The position numbers and the translations under genes were made by a program. 64,000 nt of DNA from an uncultured Pseudomonadota bacterium (GTDB taxonomy: Bacteria > Bdellovibrionota_B > Oligoflexia > Oligoflexales > CAIYRB01). The stretch's first letter is position 1, and each line of letters opens with the position of its first letter. Shown here piece by piece: positions 52,811 to 64,000 of the stretch. The notes beneath the pieces were generated by a model. It saw only the letters and a program-made list of their open reading frames with translations. It searched no databases and was not told where the DNA came from. The stretch is taken from the NCBI GenBank assembly GCA_903915625.1, contig CAIWTN010000090.1:66226-130225 (forward strand). Direction: 5' to 3'.

Positions 52811-53797
52811 ATGACCAGAGCGGTGGTCTACATTATTTTTAGTCTTATGATTCATTCTGTCGGGGCTTACGGCGCCGATAGCGTGCCGCATTTGCCTGAT
52901 GAATATGAGTCCACCAGTGGTTTGGGGTCAGCTATTAACAACGGCGGGGTCGGAGCCACTGACAGTTTCAGTGCGATCTCGGTTAATCCGGCTTTGATTA
53001 CAGGTCAAAAGACCTATATCACGAACGGGGTTTATCACTGGCCGACTGAAGGCAGAGATTATTACCAGGCCGGTGTTGTTGATTCAAAGACGTCATCCGT
53101 GGCCGCCGGCGTAAGCTACACGGGCTTTCTTGAGGACTTTAAGTACCAGGCTGATGACAACGGAAAAATGACCGGGGCATCCGCCTATGACTCCCCACTT
53201 AATAGACGAATTTCATTAGCCGTAGCTCAGGAGTTTGGCACGACCTCGGTCGGGATTGGGGGGACTTTTGTCGAGGGGCACCCAGTTTACGGCTCGCTTG
53301 AGCAAAAACGCGGTGAAAAGCGAATCACCGGGACTGGCTTGAACCTTGGCGTCGCCACTTTGCTTACTCCAGGGTGGTCACTCGGTGTTTCGGCGCAGAA
53401 CGTTTCAACCAAAAAAATCAAAGATTATGCACCTCGAACTTACCGCATGGGCACAACTTATCAATTTAGCCAGTTCTTTACCGGCTATGTTGATGTTCGC
53501 CAACGTGATCGCGTGGCACAGTTTGAGTCGCCTCTAGATTTAGATGCCCCAAGTTCAGACCGTTCCATGCAAACTCCAGAGCGGATGTTGATCGCTTCGG
53601 GGGCGATTCAAGTACAAGAGTATTTGAAAATTTTAGCATCTTATGGTGAATCCCTTAGTGATGATCGACGAGCGTTGGCTGCGGGTGCGGCGCTCACGAA
53701 TAAGAATTTCAGCCTTTCCTATTCCGTAGCTCGTCCTTACATGAAGCTAAGCACGGCTCACCAAGCACTTATGATTAGCTTCGAAATGGCGATGTAA
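52811..53797 (+). CDS. Hypothetical secreted protein (beta-rich, possibly outer-membrane)
   Basis: The ATG at 52811 gives the signal peptide MTRAVVYIIFSLMIHSVGAYGA|DS. Gly/Ser/Thr/Tyr-rich with an alternating pattern. No family recognised. The stop overlaps the start of the M16 peptidase. Confidence 0.6.
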   Translation: MTRAVVYIIFSLMIHSVGAYGADSVPHLPDEYESTSGLGSAINNGGVGATDSFSAISVNPALITGQKTYITNGVYHWPTEGRDYYQAGVVDSKTSSVAAGVSYTGFLEDFKYQADDNGKMTGASAYDSPLNRRISLAVAQEFGTTSVGIGGTFVEGHPVYGSLEQKRGEKRITGTGLNLGVATLLTPGWSLGVSAQNVSTKKIKDYAPRTYRMGTTYQFSQFFTGYVDVRQRDRVAQFESPLDLDAPSSDRSMQTPERMLIASGAIQVQEYLKILASYGESLSDDRRALAAGAALTNKNFSLSYSVARPYMKLSTAHQALMISFEMAM

Positions 53798-56427
53798 TGA
53801 TTCATGAATTTTTAGAAAATGGCGTCGAAGTTGTTCTAAAAGAAAACCGCTTTACCCCTGCGGTAGCCATCCAGATTTGGGTGGGAGTCGGTTCTATGCA
53901 TGAAAAGCCCGAGGAAAGAGGTATGGCTCACTTCCTCGAGCATATGCTGTTCAAGGGCACGGAAAAACGAGCCGTTGGGGAAATCGCTGCTACGGTTGAG
54001 GCGTGTGGTGGTGACATCAACGCTTATACGACTTTTGATCAGACCGTTTATCACCTGACCCTGGCTGCAGAGCACGCCCACCTCGGTGTCGATCTACTTT
54101 GCGATGCCTTCTCTTCAAGCCGACTCGAGCAGGTTGAGTTTCAGCGCGAGCGCGAGGTGATTTTAGAAGAAATCCGGCGCTCTAATGACAGTCCTGGGTC
54201 GATACTCGGTCGACGTGTGTTCGAACTCATGTTTGCGGGCTCAGAGGCTGGACGGCCCATCATTGGGTCTGAGGCAAGTGTCAGCGGCTTTTTGCGCGAT
54301 GATCTGGAGCAGTTTTACCAGAGGTGGTACACCCCACAAAACGTCACCGTTGTTGCCGTCGGCGACTTTGATGAATTGGAAATGCTGTCGCAGGTCAAAG
54401 CCACATTTGGTTGTATTGCGAAGAATTCGATGATGGCTCGGCAGAGCCTTCGTCTTCCGGAGCGCCCCGATAGCTGCTTGGATTGGCCGAGAGTCTCCAT
54501 TAAGCGCGGAGATTATCAGCAGCCTCGCCTTGCTGTGGTTTATCCTGCGCCTTCACTCGAAAATGCTGACAGTACCGCCTTAGACGTTGCCGCTTTTGCC
54601 CTAGGTGCTGGTGAAATGAGTCGACTCAATCAGCGCTTGCGAGACGACGAGGCTGTAGTTACGAATGCTAGTGCTTCTGTTTATTCGCCGTTATTTGGTG
54701 GATTGTTCGAGATAAGCGCACTCATGCCGCTCGAGTCGATCTTAAGTGCCACAGCGGCTATAGGGCGTGAAGTCGCCCGCCTAAGCGGCGCAGAGCCAGT
54801 GACCGGCGATGAGCTTAGTCGTGCTAGGGCCAACTTGAAGGCTGACAGAATTTATCAAGAAGAAACGGTAGATGGCCAGGCTCGTGCCCTTGGATTTGGC
54901 CTGCGTACAGCACAAAAGCTACTTTACGACGAAGTGTATACGGCGATGATCAATCACATGCCGGAGACAGCTGTGATTGGTGCGGTAAGGCGCTGGCTTC
55001 GGCCGGAGGATGCGGCCGTTGTCGTCTTGGTGCCAAATGACTTCGAGTTGACGGAAGCTGAGCTGCGCACATGCTTTCGTCGCGGTGTGTTGGCAGGAAA
55101 AAGTGAAGGCTCGGTGGCGATTTCGACGCCAGTGGCCAAATCACTTGGAGCGCGAGCCAAAGATACCGAGGTGATTGATCTCAGTGACGGCGTGCGTTTG
55201 ATTCATCGCAGAAATCCCAATGTCGATTTATTTACTTTGACAGCCGCAACCGAGGGTGGCCTTCGCGCTGAAACCGCTGTTAATGCAGGGATCTACAACG
55301 CCGTGTTCTCGATGCTGGGGATGGCCAGTGAGAGTCGCGATTATGTCTCCCTGGTTACGGAAGTCGAGGGTCTCGGAGCTAGTCTTGAGGGTTTTTCCGG
55401 CAAGGATTCGGCCGGCATTCATATGCAGTGCCTTACCGAGCAGACCGAAAGGATGTTGGAATTATTTCGAGAAGTATTTTTGACCCCAGCCTTCCCTGAA
55501 GCGCAGTGGATCTCGACTAAGCGCGAGATCGAGCAGGGTTTGCTGGCGCAGAACGACTCGCCGAGCAGCATCTGCATTCGGCGGTTCCAGGAGCAGCTAT
55601 ATGGGGACCACCCTTACCGGCACCCTATTTCAGGTACGGTGGATTCGGTACGGGGGTTTACCACAGAGTCGCTGAGTCAGGCATACCGTTCGTTAAGAGA
55701 CAGCGGTCCTTGGGTTTTTTCTGTGGCAGCGAACTTGCCAACGGCCAAAGTTGAGGCTCTGGTCCGCGGCGCATTAAAAGGATTTTCACCAGCGGCCAAA
55801 GGACGTGAATTTGCGTCTCAGCAATCGATAGGCCAAGGTCGATTCGGCAGCGTGCGCTTGGTAAAAGCGCGTGAACAAGTCCACATTGCGTTTGGTTTTA
55901 ATGGCCTTACCTGGGGCGATAGCGACAGGGCGGCCTTAGACGTGTTGACCACGGTGTTGGGCGGGCACGGCGGGCGTTTGTTTCGTGAACTTCGCGATAA
56001 GCAAAGCTTGGCCTACACCGTTAGTCCACTTGTGAGCTACGGATGCCATCCGGGGATCGTCGGTGCCTACATTGCTTGTGCACCAGAAAAAGGTCAGCGA
56101 GCACTGGCTTCTCTGCAGTCAGAGATTTATGAATTAACGGAGCACGCTCCATCCGATGCAGAAGTAGAGCGCGCCCGCAATTACATCATCGGCTCGCATG
56201 AGATGGGCCTGCAGAAAAGTGATGCTCAAACTAGCACCATGGCTTTAATGGAGCTTTATGGCTACGGGTATAACGACTTTATGACTTACCCTAAAACTAT
56301 CGCGAAAGTGACCGCAGCCGATGTACTGCGTGTTGCTCGTCGGTTATTTGTACCCGAGCGAGCGGTATCTGTGAGCGTCGGGCCTGAGGTGCAAAGCGAA
56401 GCTTTACCAAATGCTGTATTATGTTAA
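53797..56427 (+). CDS. Zinc metallopeptidase, M16 (pitrilysin/insulinase) family, fused two-unit form
   Basis: Inverted zinc motif HFLEHMLFKGT (HxxEH) near the N-terminus. At 876 aa it contains an active and an inactive M16 half fused in one polypeptide. Confidence 0.88.
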   Translation: MIHEFLENGVEVVLKENRFTPAVAIQIWVGVGSMHEKPEERGMAHFLEHMLFKGTEKRAVGEIAATVEACGGDINAYTTFDQTVYHLTLAAEHAHLGVDLLCDAFSSSRLEQVEFQREREVILEEIRRSNDSPGSILGRRVFELMFAGSEAGRPIIGSEASVSGFLRDDLEQFYQRWYTPQNVTVVAVGDFDELEMLSQVKATFGCIAKNSMMARQSLRLPERPDSCLDWPRVSIKRGDYQQPRLAVVYPAPSLENADSTALDVAAFALGAGEMSRLNQRLRDDEAVVTNASASVYSPLFGGLFEISALMPLESILSATAAIGREVARLSGAEPVTGDELSRARANLKADRIYQEETVDGQARALGFGLRTAQKLLYDEVYTAMINHMPETAVIGAVRRWLRPEDAAVVVLVPNDFELTEAELRTCFRRGVLAGKSEGSVAISTPVAKSLGARAKDTEVIDLSDGVRLIHRRNPNVDLFTLTAATEGGLRAETAVNAGIYNAVFSMLGMASESRDYVSLVTEVEGLGASLEGFSGKDSAGIHMQCLTEQTERMLELFREVFLTPAFPEAQWISTKREIEQGLLAQNDSPSSICIRRFQEQLYGDHPYRHPISGTVDSVRGFTTESLSQAYRSLRDSGPWVFSVAANLPTAKVEALVRGALKGFSPAAKGREFASQQSIGQGRFGSVRLVKAREQVHIAFGFNGLTWGDSDRAALDVLTTVLGGHGGRLFRELRDKQSLAYTVSPLVSYGCHPGIVGAYIACAPEKGQRALASLQSEIYELTEHAPSDAEVERARNYIIGSHEMGLQKSDAQTSTMALMELYGYGYNDFMTYPKTIAKVTAADVLRVARRLFVPERAVSVSVGPEVQSEALPNAVLC

Positions 56428-56478
56428 TCTGTGCGCGTTTCAAACTGGGCGACCGTATTAGCGGCGAGGGTTACAAAG

Positions 56479-57144
56479 ATGTCCTGGCTTAAGCAAATTA
56501 CAAATTCCTCCGTCGGAGCTAAGTCGATCGTGGCTTTAACAGGCCTTGCAATGGTGGGCTTTGTTGTCGGCCACTTGTCTGGCAACTTGTTGGTCTTCGG
56601 TGGTCCCGATGCCATCAACGGCTATGCCGCCTGGCTAAGGAGCAAGGGTGGGCTGCTTTGGGGCGCTCGTCTTGGGCTTATCGCGATTACAGGGCTTCAT
56701 ATTTACTTCACTATTCGCCTTAACTTGCTCAATAAGCAGGCGCGACCCATCGCTTATGCAAAGAAGAGCTATACGAAGGCATCGTTTGCTTCTCGCACCA
56801 TGGTCCTTAGCGGACTGTTGTCTCTAAGCTATATTTTGTTTCATTTGGCGCATTTTACCTTTCGTGTGACCAGTCCTGAGATTGCGGCATTAGGCCATAC
56901 GGACGTGTATCAGATGCTGATATTGTCATTCAATAGCCCACTTGTTGCTGGGACTTACATCGCTGCAATGGTCCTGCTTGGCCTCCATTTAAACCATGGT
57001 TTATCTAGCTTGTTTCAGACTCTAGGACTCAATCACTCTAAATATAATCCGATGATAAGAAGTATCGGCCCGGTTCTGGGATCTCTGTTAGCGGCAGGGT
57101 TTATGTCCATTCCGGTTTCGATCATGCTCGGCATCCTGAAGTAG
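56479..57144 (+). CDS. sdhC: Succinate dehydrogenase/fumarate reductase cytochrome b subunit (single-subunit, b558-type anchor)
   Basis: Five TM helices with conserved His residues. Immediately precedes sdhA and sdhB. ATG at 56479 with a GAGGG RBS. Confidence 0.8.
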   Translation: MSWLKQITNSSVGAKSIVALTGLAMVGFVVGHLSGNLLVFGGPDAINGYAAWLRSKGGLLWGARLGLIAITGLHIYFTIRLNLLNKQARPIAYAKKSYTKASFASRTMVLSGLLSLSYILFHLAHFTFRVTSPEIAALGHTDVYQMLILSFNSPLVAGTYIAAMVLLGLHLNHGLSSLFQTLGLNHSKYNPMIRSIGPVLGSLLAAGFMSIPVSIMLGILK

Positions 57145-57166
57145 CTTTTACAGCGAGGCGACGGCG

Positions 57167-59076
<1,910 letters not shown>

Positions 59077-59077
<1 letters not shown>

Positions 59078-59853
59078 TGAAGCTAAAGTTACATGTTTGG
59101 CGGCAAAAAAACGCTAAATCTGAAGGCCGGATGGTGACTTATGATGCTCCAGATGTAAGCACTCATATGTCGTTCCTCGAAATGCTCGACGTCGTCAATG
59201 AAGGCTTGATCGCTAAGGGCGAAGAGCCGATCGCGTTTGATCACGACTGTCGCGAGGGGATCTGCGGATCCTGTGCTCTAATGATCAACGGCGTCGCACA
59301 CGGGCCGCAGCGCGGCACGACAACGTGTCAATTGCATATGCGTCAATTTAAGGATGGCGACGAGGTTTTTATCGAGCCTTGGCGTGCCAAAGCATTTCCG
59401 ATTGTGAAAGATCTTGTGGTTGACCGCTCGGCCTTTGATCGGATAATCCAAGCTGGCGGGTATGTTTCGGTTAATACTGGCGGCGCACAAGATGCCAACA
59501 ATTTGCCGATATCTAAAGAAGCTGCCGATCAGGCAATGGACGCGGCACAGTGCATCGGTTGCGGAGCGTGTGTGGCCGCCTGTAAGAATGCTTCGGCCAT
59601 GCTGTTCACATCGGCCAAAATTTCTCATCTTGGCCTATTGCCGCAAGGGCAGCCGGAGCGGCAACGCCGGGCTCTGAATATGGTCCAGCAAATGGACAAA
59701 GAAGGGTTCGGTAACTGTACTAATCAGTTTGAGTGCGAAGCCGTATGCCCGAAGGAAATTAGCGTACAGTTTATCGCTCGTATGAATAAAGATTATCTTA
59801 ACGCCTCGGTCTGCGGTCCTGATCCAGGTAAAAAAGCAGGCGGTGAGGATTGA
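59077..59853 (+). CDS. sdhB: Succinate dehydrogenase/fumarate reductase iron-sulfur subunit
   Basis: Cys clusters [20 protein letters not shown] and [12 protein letters not shown]. Confidence 0.93.
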
Positions 59854-59868
59854 CGCGGAAGGTTGTGC

Positions 59869-60132
59869 ATGAGCTCCCCTGATTCTCCAAGCTGTTCTGA
59901 TTATGAAGTGATTGTGCGACTGAAGCCCGAAGTTCTCGATCCAGAAGCTCGCGCCATTCAAGAGACTTTGACCCGCATTGGTTTCGCGGGTGTTAAAGGA
60001 CTCCAGGTATCAAAGCGTTATGTTCTGAGCATAGAAGATCAGGGTGCAAATGCAGCTGGTCATGCTGAACAGATAGCGCGGGAGTACCTGGCGAATCCTG
60101 TTTCGGAAACCTTTCAAATTAGAAAGTTGTGA
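59869..60132 (+). CDS. purS: Phosphoribosylformylglycinamidine synthase subunit PurS
   Basis: A protein of about 87 aa with the PurS core (VIVRLKPEVLDPEARAIQETL). ATG at 59869 with a GGAAGG RBS. Precedes purQ and purL. Confidence 0.85.
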   Translation: MSSPDSPSCSDYEVIVRLKPEVLDPEARAIQETLTRIGFAGVKGLQVSKRYVLSIEDQGANAAGHAEQIAREYLANPVSETFQIRKL

Positions 60133-60136
60133 CGCG

Positions 60137-60853
60137 ATGAAAAGGTTCACAGCTGCAGGCGCGCCGAGGATTGGTCTGATTGATTTCCCGGGCTCGAACT
60201 GCGATCGCGATTGTAACGATGCGTTCGAGAGACATTTTGGCATCAAGCTGATCCCGGTGTGGCATACAGAGCATACGCTGCCACAAGTGGACGCTGTGCT
60301 TCTGCCCGGTGGTTTTAGCTACGGTGATTATCTTCGTAGCGGGGCACTAGCGGCTCATTCACCAATCATGGGTGCGGTTAAGTCGTTCGTGAGTAAAGGT
60401 GGTGCGGCCCTTGGTATTTGTAACGGCTTTCAGATTCTGACCGAATCGCATCTGCTTCCTGGCGCTTTGTTGCGTAATCGGAGTCGTCGCTTTATTTGTA
60501 AGTTTGTGAACTTGGCGGTCGGCTCTGGTAACAGTGTTTATCAAAAACAACTGGGACAAAGAGTTTTGCGACTTCCGATCGCACACGGCGAAGGCCGGTA
60601 TTACATCGATGGCGAGGGACTTCGCCGTCTGCATGACCAAGGGCAAGTCGCTTTTCGTTATGCAGATGCAAAAGGCCACGCCAATGATGAATCCAATCCT
60701 AACGGAGCCGTAGATAATATTGCCGGTATCGTCAGTGAAAATGGGCGAGTCATGGGGCTGATGCCGCATCCGGAACGTGCCACCGACCCGTTGCTGGGTG
60801 GTAGTGTGGATGGCCTTGCTGTGCTGGATACCTTTTTGTCTTCGTTTATGTGA
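60137..60853 (+). CDS. purQ: Phosphoribosylformylglycinamidine synthase glutaminase subunit PurQ
   Basis: Class I glutamine amidotransferase with the nucleophile elbow GICNGFQIL and the HPE triad element (MPHPER). Confidence 0.93.
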   Translation: MKRFTAAGAPRIGLIDFPGSNCDRDCNDAFERHFGIKLIPVWHTEHTLPQVDAVLLPGGFSYGDYLRSGALAAHSPIMGAVKSFVSKGGAALGICNGFQILTESHLLPGALLRNRSRRFICKFVNLAVGSGNSVYQKQLGQRVLRLPIAHGEGRYYIDGEGLRRLHDQGQVAFRYADAKGHANDESNPNGAVDNIAGIVSENGRVMGLMPHPERATDPLLGGSVDGLAVLDTFLSSFM

Positions 60854-60869
60854 GGGGTCTGACCTTAAG

Positions 60870-63167
60870 ATGACTACTACTTTCAAATTGCCCGATACGG
60901 CGCAGATGACCCGCCCACCACAAATTGACGAAACGCCTGGTCCCGCTTTTACCGCGCTAATGCGCAAGCACAAGCTGACCGGCGAAGAATACGCCCGAGT
61001 TAAAGATATCCTTGGTCGCATCCCAACCATGGCAGAACTCGGCATCTTCTCGGCGATGTGGAGCGAGCACTGCAGCTACAAATCTTCTCGAGTGCATCTA
61101 AAGCGCTTTCCAACCGAAAGTCCTGATGTAGTGGTTGGTCCAGGTGAAAACGCTGGGGTTGTTAGATTGTCGGGTAAGTTGTGTCTCGCATTCAAGATGG
61201 AGAGTCATAACCACCCTAGTTACATCGAGCCATACCAAGGAGCAGCGACAGGCGTCGGTGGTATTCTTCGCGATGTCTTCTGCATGGGTGCGCGTCCAAT
61301 TGCAAATTTGAATGCACTGCGTTTTGGCTTACGCAGTCATCAAAGAACACCGCATTTGGTGGAAAACGTGGTTAAAGGAATCGGAGACTACGGCAATTGT
61401 GTTGGGGTTCCAACGGTGGCTGGCAATGTATCCTTTGACGCCTCATACAACGGCAATTGTCTGGTCAATGCGATGACAGTGGGCGTTATCCACGAAGACA
61501 GAATTTTTAAAGGCTATGCTACCGGCCAGGGTAACCTGGTCGTTTATTTAGGTTCAGCTACCGGTCGTGACGGCATTCACGGCGCGTCGATGGCTTCGGG
61601 ATCTTTCGCTACGAGTGAGAATAGCGAGCGGAGCACGGTACAAGTGGGCGATCCATTCACGGAGAAGCTGCTTCTTGAGGCGACACTCGACGTCTTAGAT
61701 AAAGGACTAGTAGTCGGTTTGCAGGATATGGGGGCGGCAGGTCTGACCTCGTCATCTTTCGAAATGGCCGGCAGAGCTGGCAATGGGCTGTACATGGATT
61801 TAGATCATGTACCGGTCAGAACAACGGCGATGACCGCCTATGAGTTGCTGCTCTCCGAATCGCAAGAGCGCATGCTAATGGTGATAGAGCCGCACAAGTG
61901 GGACGAGCTCCGGGCCGTGCTTGATAAGTGGCAATTAGCTTGTACCGTTATAGGTGTCGTTACTGACACAGGGCGGGTTCAGATCCATCATAAGGGTCTT
62001 TTGGAAGTAGACGTGCCGGTTGATCCGATGACCGATCTGGCGCCTAAGTATGAGCGACCGATGAGGCCGCGCGTGAAAGACGCAGCTGATCCGGAAGTGT
62101 TCAACCAGAAGGTTACTGCAGCTGCCTTAGTGCGTGGGCCGGAGGCTCTGTTGCTGGCAGCCTTGCGCGATACTGGCGATAAAGAGTCGATCTATAGTCA
62201 GTACGATCAGCATATTGGCACGCAAACCGTACATGGTCCGGATGTCCAGGGCGCAGCGGCACTTTGGGTGCGTTCGGAATGGGCGGATCCTAGCGAGCCA
62301 TATTTAGGCGTACTTACTGCGGCTACATGTAACGAGCGCTACAATCGTTTGGATGCCTATCTGGGAGGCGCCCATGCGGTGCTGAAAGCCGCTCGCACAA
62401 TAGCTGCAGCCGGTGGTCGGCCGTTGGCTATCACGGATTGTTTAAACTACGGCAATCCGGAAGTTCCTGAGGTCATGGCCGACTTTTCGGCTGGTGTAGA
62501 CGGCATTAGCCTAGCTTGTCGCGAACTGTCAGTGCCAGTCGTGAGCGGTAACGTTAGTCTTTACAACGAGACCGATGGCGAGAGCATTGCGCCGACTCCG
62601 ATGATCGGAATGGTAGGAAAGATCCAGGATGTGAGAAAAAGCCCTACTGCTGTCGTGAGCGAATCGGCTTCGCTGTACCTTTTATATCCCCTTAAGGTGG
62701 GCCCGCAGTTTGGTGGATCCTTGGCGGCAAAGCTATTAGACCAGTCACTTCATGCCGGACAGGCTCCTGAAATAAACTGGCATGCCGAGCGCGAAGGTAT
62801 GGATTTCTTGCGTTTAATTATCGGTAACGGCCAGGTTAGTGCGTGTCGTGATGTCGGAGATGGTGGCGTTATCACCACGGCAGCTAAAATGGTTGCCAAA
62901 TCCGGGCTCGGCCTTCAATTAGACCTCGCCTCTACCGAACTTGGCCGCTACTCGGATCTAGCGCAGTATTTTGGTGAAATCAGCGGCGCTTATCTCATCT
63001 GCTTTAACTCAGGCGACGAGTCTAAGGCCTTGCAATCAGCGGCAACTCTGCGGTACAACGCCGTCGTGAAGGTCGGCCAGGTTGTCGACTCGTCCAAGAT
63101 TAGTTGGGGGCCATGGTCCATGCCTCTTAAGGTATGCCATCACGCTTTCACTTCCGCTCTGAGTTAA
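60870..63167 (+). CDS. purL: Phosphoribosylformylglycinamidine synthase subunit PurL
   Basis: Conserved [18 protein letters not shown] and duplicated AIR-synthase-like domains. The start is set at the ATG at 60870 (MTTTFKLP..), just after the purQ stop. Confidence 0.95.
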   Translation: MTTTFKLPDTAQMTRPPQIDETPGPAFTALMRKHKLTGEEYARVKDILGRIPTMAELGIFSAMWSEHCSYKSSRVHLKRFPTESPDVVVGPGENAGVVRLSGKLCLAFKMESHNHPSYIEPYQGAATGVGGILRDVFCMGARPIANLNALRFGLRSHQRTPHLVENVVKGIGDYGNCVGVPTVAGNVSFDASYNGNCLVNAMTVGVIHEDRIFKGYATGQGNLVVYLGSATGRDGIHGASMASGSFATSENSERSTVQVGDPFTEKLLLEATLDVLDKGLVVGLQDMGAAGLTSSSFEMAGRAGNGLYMDLDHVPVRTTAMTAYELLLSESQERMLMVIEPHKWDELRAVLDKWQLACTVIGVVTDTGRVQIHHKGLLEVDVPVDPMTDLAPKYERPMRPRVKDAADPEVFNQKVTAAALVRGPEALLLAALRDTGDKESIYSQYDQHIGTQTVHGPDVQGAAALWVRSEWADPSEPYLGVLTAATCNERYNRLDAYLGGAHAVLKAARTIAAAGGRPLAITDCLNYGNPEVPEVMADFSAGVDGISLACRELSVPVVSGNVSLYNETDGESIAPTPMIGMVGKIQDVRKSPTAVVSESASLYLLYPLKVGPQFGGSLAAKLLDQSLHAGQAPEINWHAEREGMDFLRLIIGNGQVSACRDVGDGGVITTAAKMVAKSGLGLQLDLASTELGRYSDLAQYFGEISGAYLICFNSGDESKALQSAATLRYNAVVKVGQVVDSSKISWGPWSMPLKVCHHAFTSALS

Positions 63168-63207
63168 GCACTCTCGTTTGCATAGGCCCAGAGCGACCGA
63201 GGCCAGC

Positions 63208-64000
63208 ATGAAGTCACTACGCGAAGAATGTGGAGTCGTTGGGGTTTTAGGCCACAGCGACGCCGCCAGTATGGTCTACTTGGGACTTTTTGCGCAGCAG
63301 CATCGTGGCCAAGAGGGTTGCGGTATCGTTTCTTTAGATCGAAGCGGCTCTGGTGCCGAGGCGACTAAATTTAATGTGCACAAGTCTTTTGGACTGGTCG
63401 CAGAAAGCTTTAATCCGGCTATTTTGTCGCGTCTTACTGGAGACGCAGCGATCGGGCACGTGCGTTATTCGACGCAGGGTGGTCAGACTATCCAAAACGT
63501 GCAACCGTTTCATTTCCGGACCTCGCTCGGACCACTTGCTATCGCCCATAATGGTAATTTGACGAATGCGACGGAAATCCGCGCTGATCTTGAACGGTCA
63601 GGGAGTATTTTCCAGAGCACCTCCGACACCGAAGTATTTGTGCATCTACTGGCTCGCGCAGAAGCGCAGTCGATTTTGCACCGCATTTTCGCGGTCATGA
63701 AGAAAGTGACCGGTGCTTACTCTATAGTAATCCAGGCAGAGGACAGATTATTTGCTGTCCGAGACTCGTTTGGGTTTCGGCCTTTAGTATTAGGTAAGCG
63801 CAACAACAGCTACATAGTCGCCAGCGAGACGTGCGCTTTAGACTTAATGGATGCTGAATTCCTGCGCGAAGTAGAGCCTGGCGAGGTGGTCGAGATTACC
63901 GTCGGTGGTCTCACTTCGCATTTTCCGCTACCTAAAAGAAAAACAGCTTTTTGTTCTTTCGAACCGATTTATTTTGCACGACCCGACAGTCAGATATTCG
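63208..64000 (+). CDS. purF: Amidophosphoribosyltransferase (5' part; continues beyond the window)
   Basis: My own translation from the ATG at 63208 gives MKSLREECGVVGVLGH..QQHRGQEGCGIV..IGHVRYSTQG..IAHNGNL. This is an N-terminal nucleophile Cys glutaminase domain typical of PurF. It is absent from the ORF track because there is no stop codon within the window. Confidence 0.9.
   Translation, partial: MKSLREECGVVGVLGHSDAASMVYLGLFAQQHRGQEGCGIVSLDRSGSGAEATKFNVHKSFGLVAESFNPAILSRLTGDAAIGHVRYSTQGGQTIQNVQPFHFRTSLGPLAIAHNGNLTNATEIRADLERSGSIFQSTSDTEVFVHLLARAEAQSILHRIFAVMKKVTGAYSIVIQAEDRLFAVRDSFGFRPLVLGKRNNSYIVASETCALDLMDAEFLREVEPGEVVEITVGGLTSHFPLPKRKTAFCSFEPIYFARPDSQIF

Overview
This window looks like the origin-proximal part of a bacterial chromosome, roughly 50% GC by eye. 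Gene content and order resemble delta-proteobacterial or Bdellovibrionota-type genomes, but taxonomy cannot be established from the sequence alone. It is almost entirely housekeeping.

Gene order, left to right:
- 46-3860: a secreted beta-barrel-like protein, an FAD oxidoreductase and a serine hydrolase.
- 3868-15165, minus strand: gatB-gatA-gatC-gyrA-gyrB-dnaN, then a DnaA-box cluster with an AT-rich tract (candidate oriC), then dnaA.
- 15371-17319, plus strand: atpZ-like, atpI-like, atpB, atpE.
- 17320-19217: an ORF-free tract of about 1.9 kb carrying five parS palindromes.
- 19218-28992, plus strand: parA-parB, then ATP synthase b-prime, b, delta, alpha, gamma, beta and epsilon, then a glycosyltransferase and an SDR epimerase.
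- 29066-43522, minus strand: the dcw cluster mraZ-rsmH-ftsL-ftsI-murE-murF-murD-ftsW-murC-ftsQ-ftsA-ftsZ. It has no mraY, murG, murB or ddl.
- 43627-56427: a polytopic membrane protein, a LysM lipoprotein, a three-gene operon (DAG-kinase-fold, APH-fold kinase, NTP-transferase), rpoH, a UvrD-family helicase, yajC, a secreted protein and a fused M16 peptidase.
- 56479-64000: sdhCAB, purS-purQ-purL and the 5' part of purF, which runs off the window.

I recognised no transposase, integrase, CRISPR array, tRNA, rRNA or defence system.

The most unusual feature is the gene-free parS tract between atpE and parA. It includes about 1.3 kb of GC-normal sequence closed in all frames and enriched for CTAGG, a perfect 16-bp palindrome, and phased A-tract/T-tract repeats. 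This tract plus parAB splits the ATP synthase genes into two blocks.

Coordinates follow the ORF track and include the stop codon. Several starts were moved inward from the longest ORF on the basis of RBS, N-terminal conservation or neighbouring genes.
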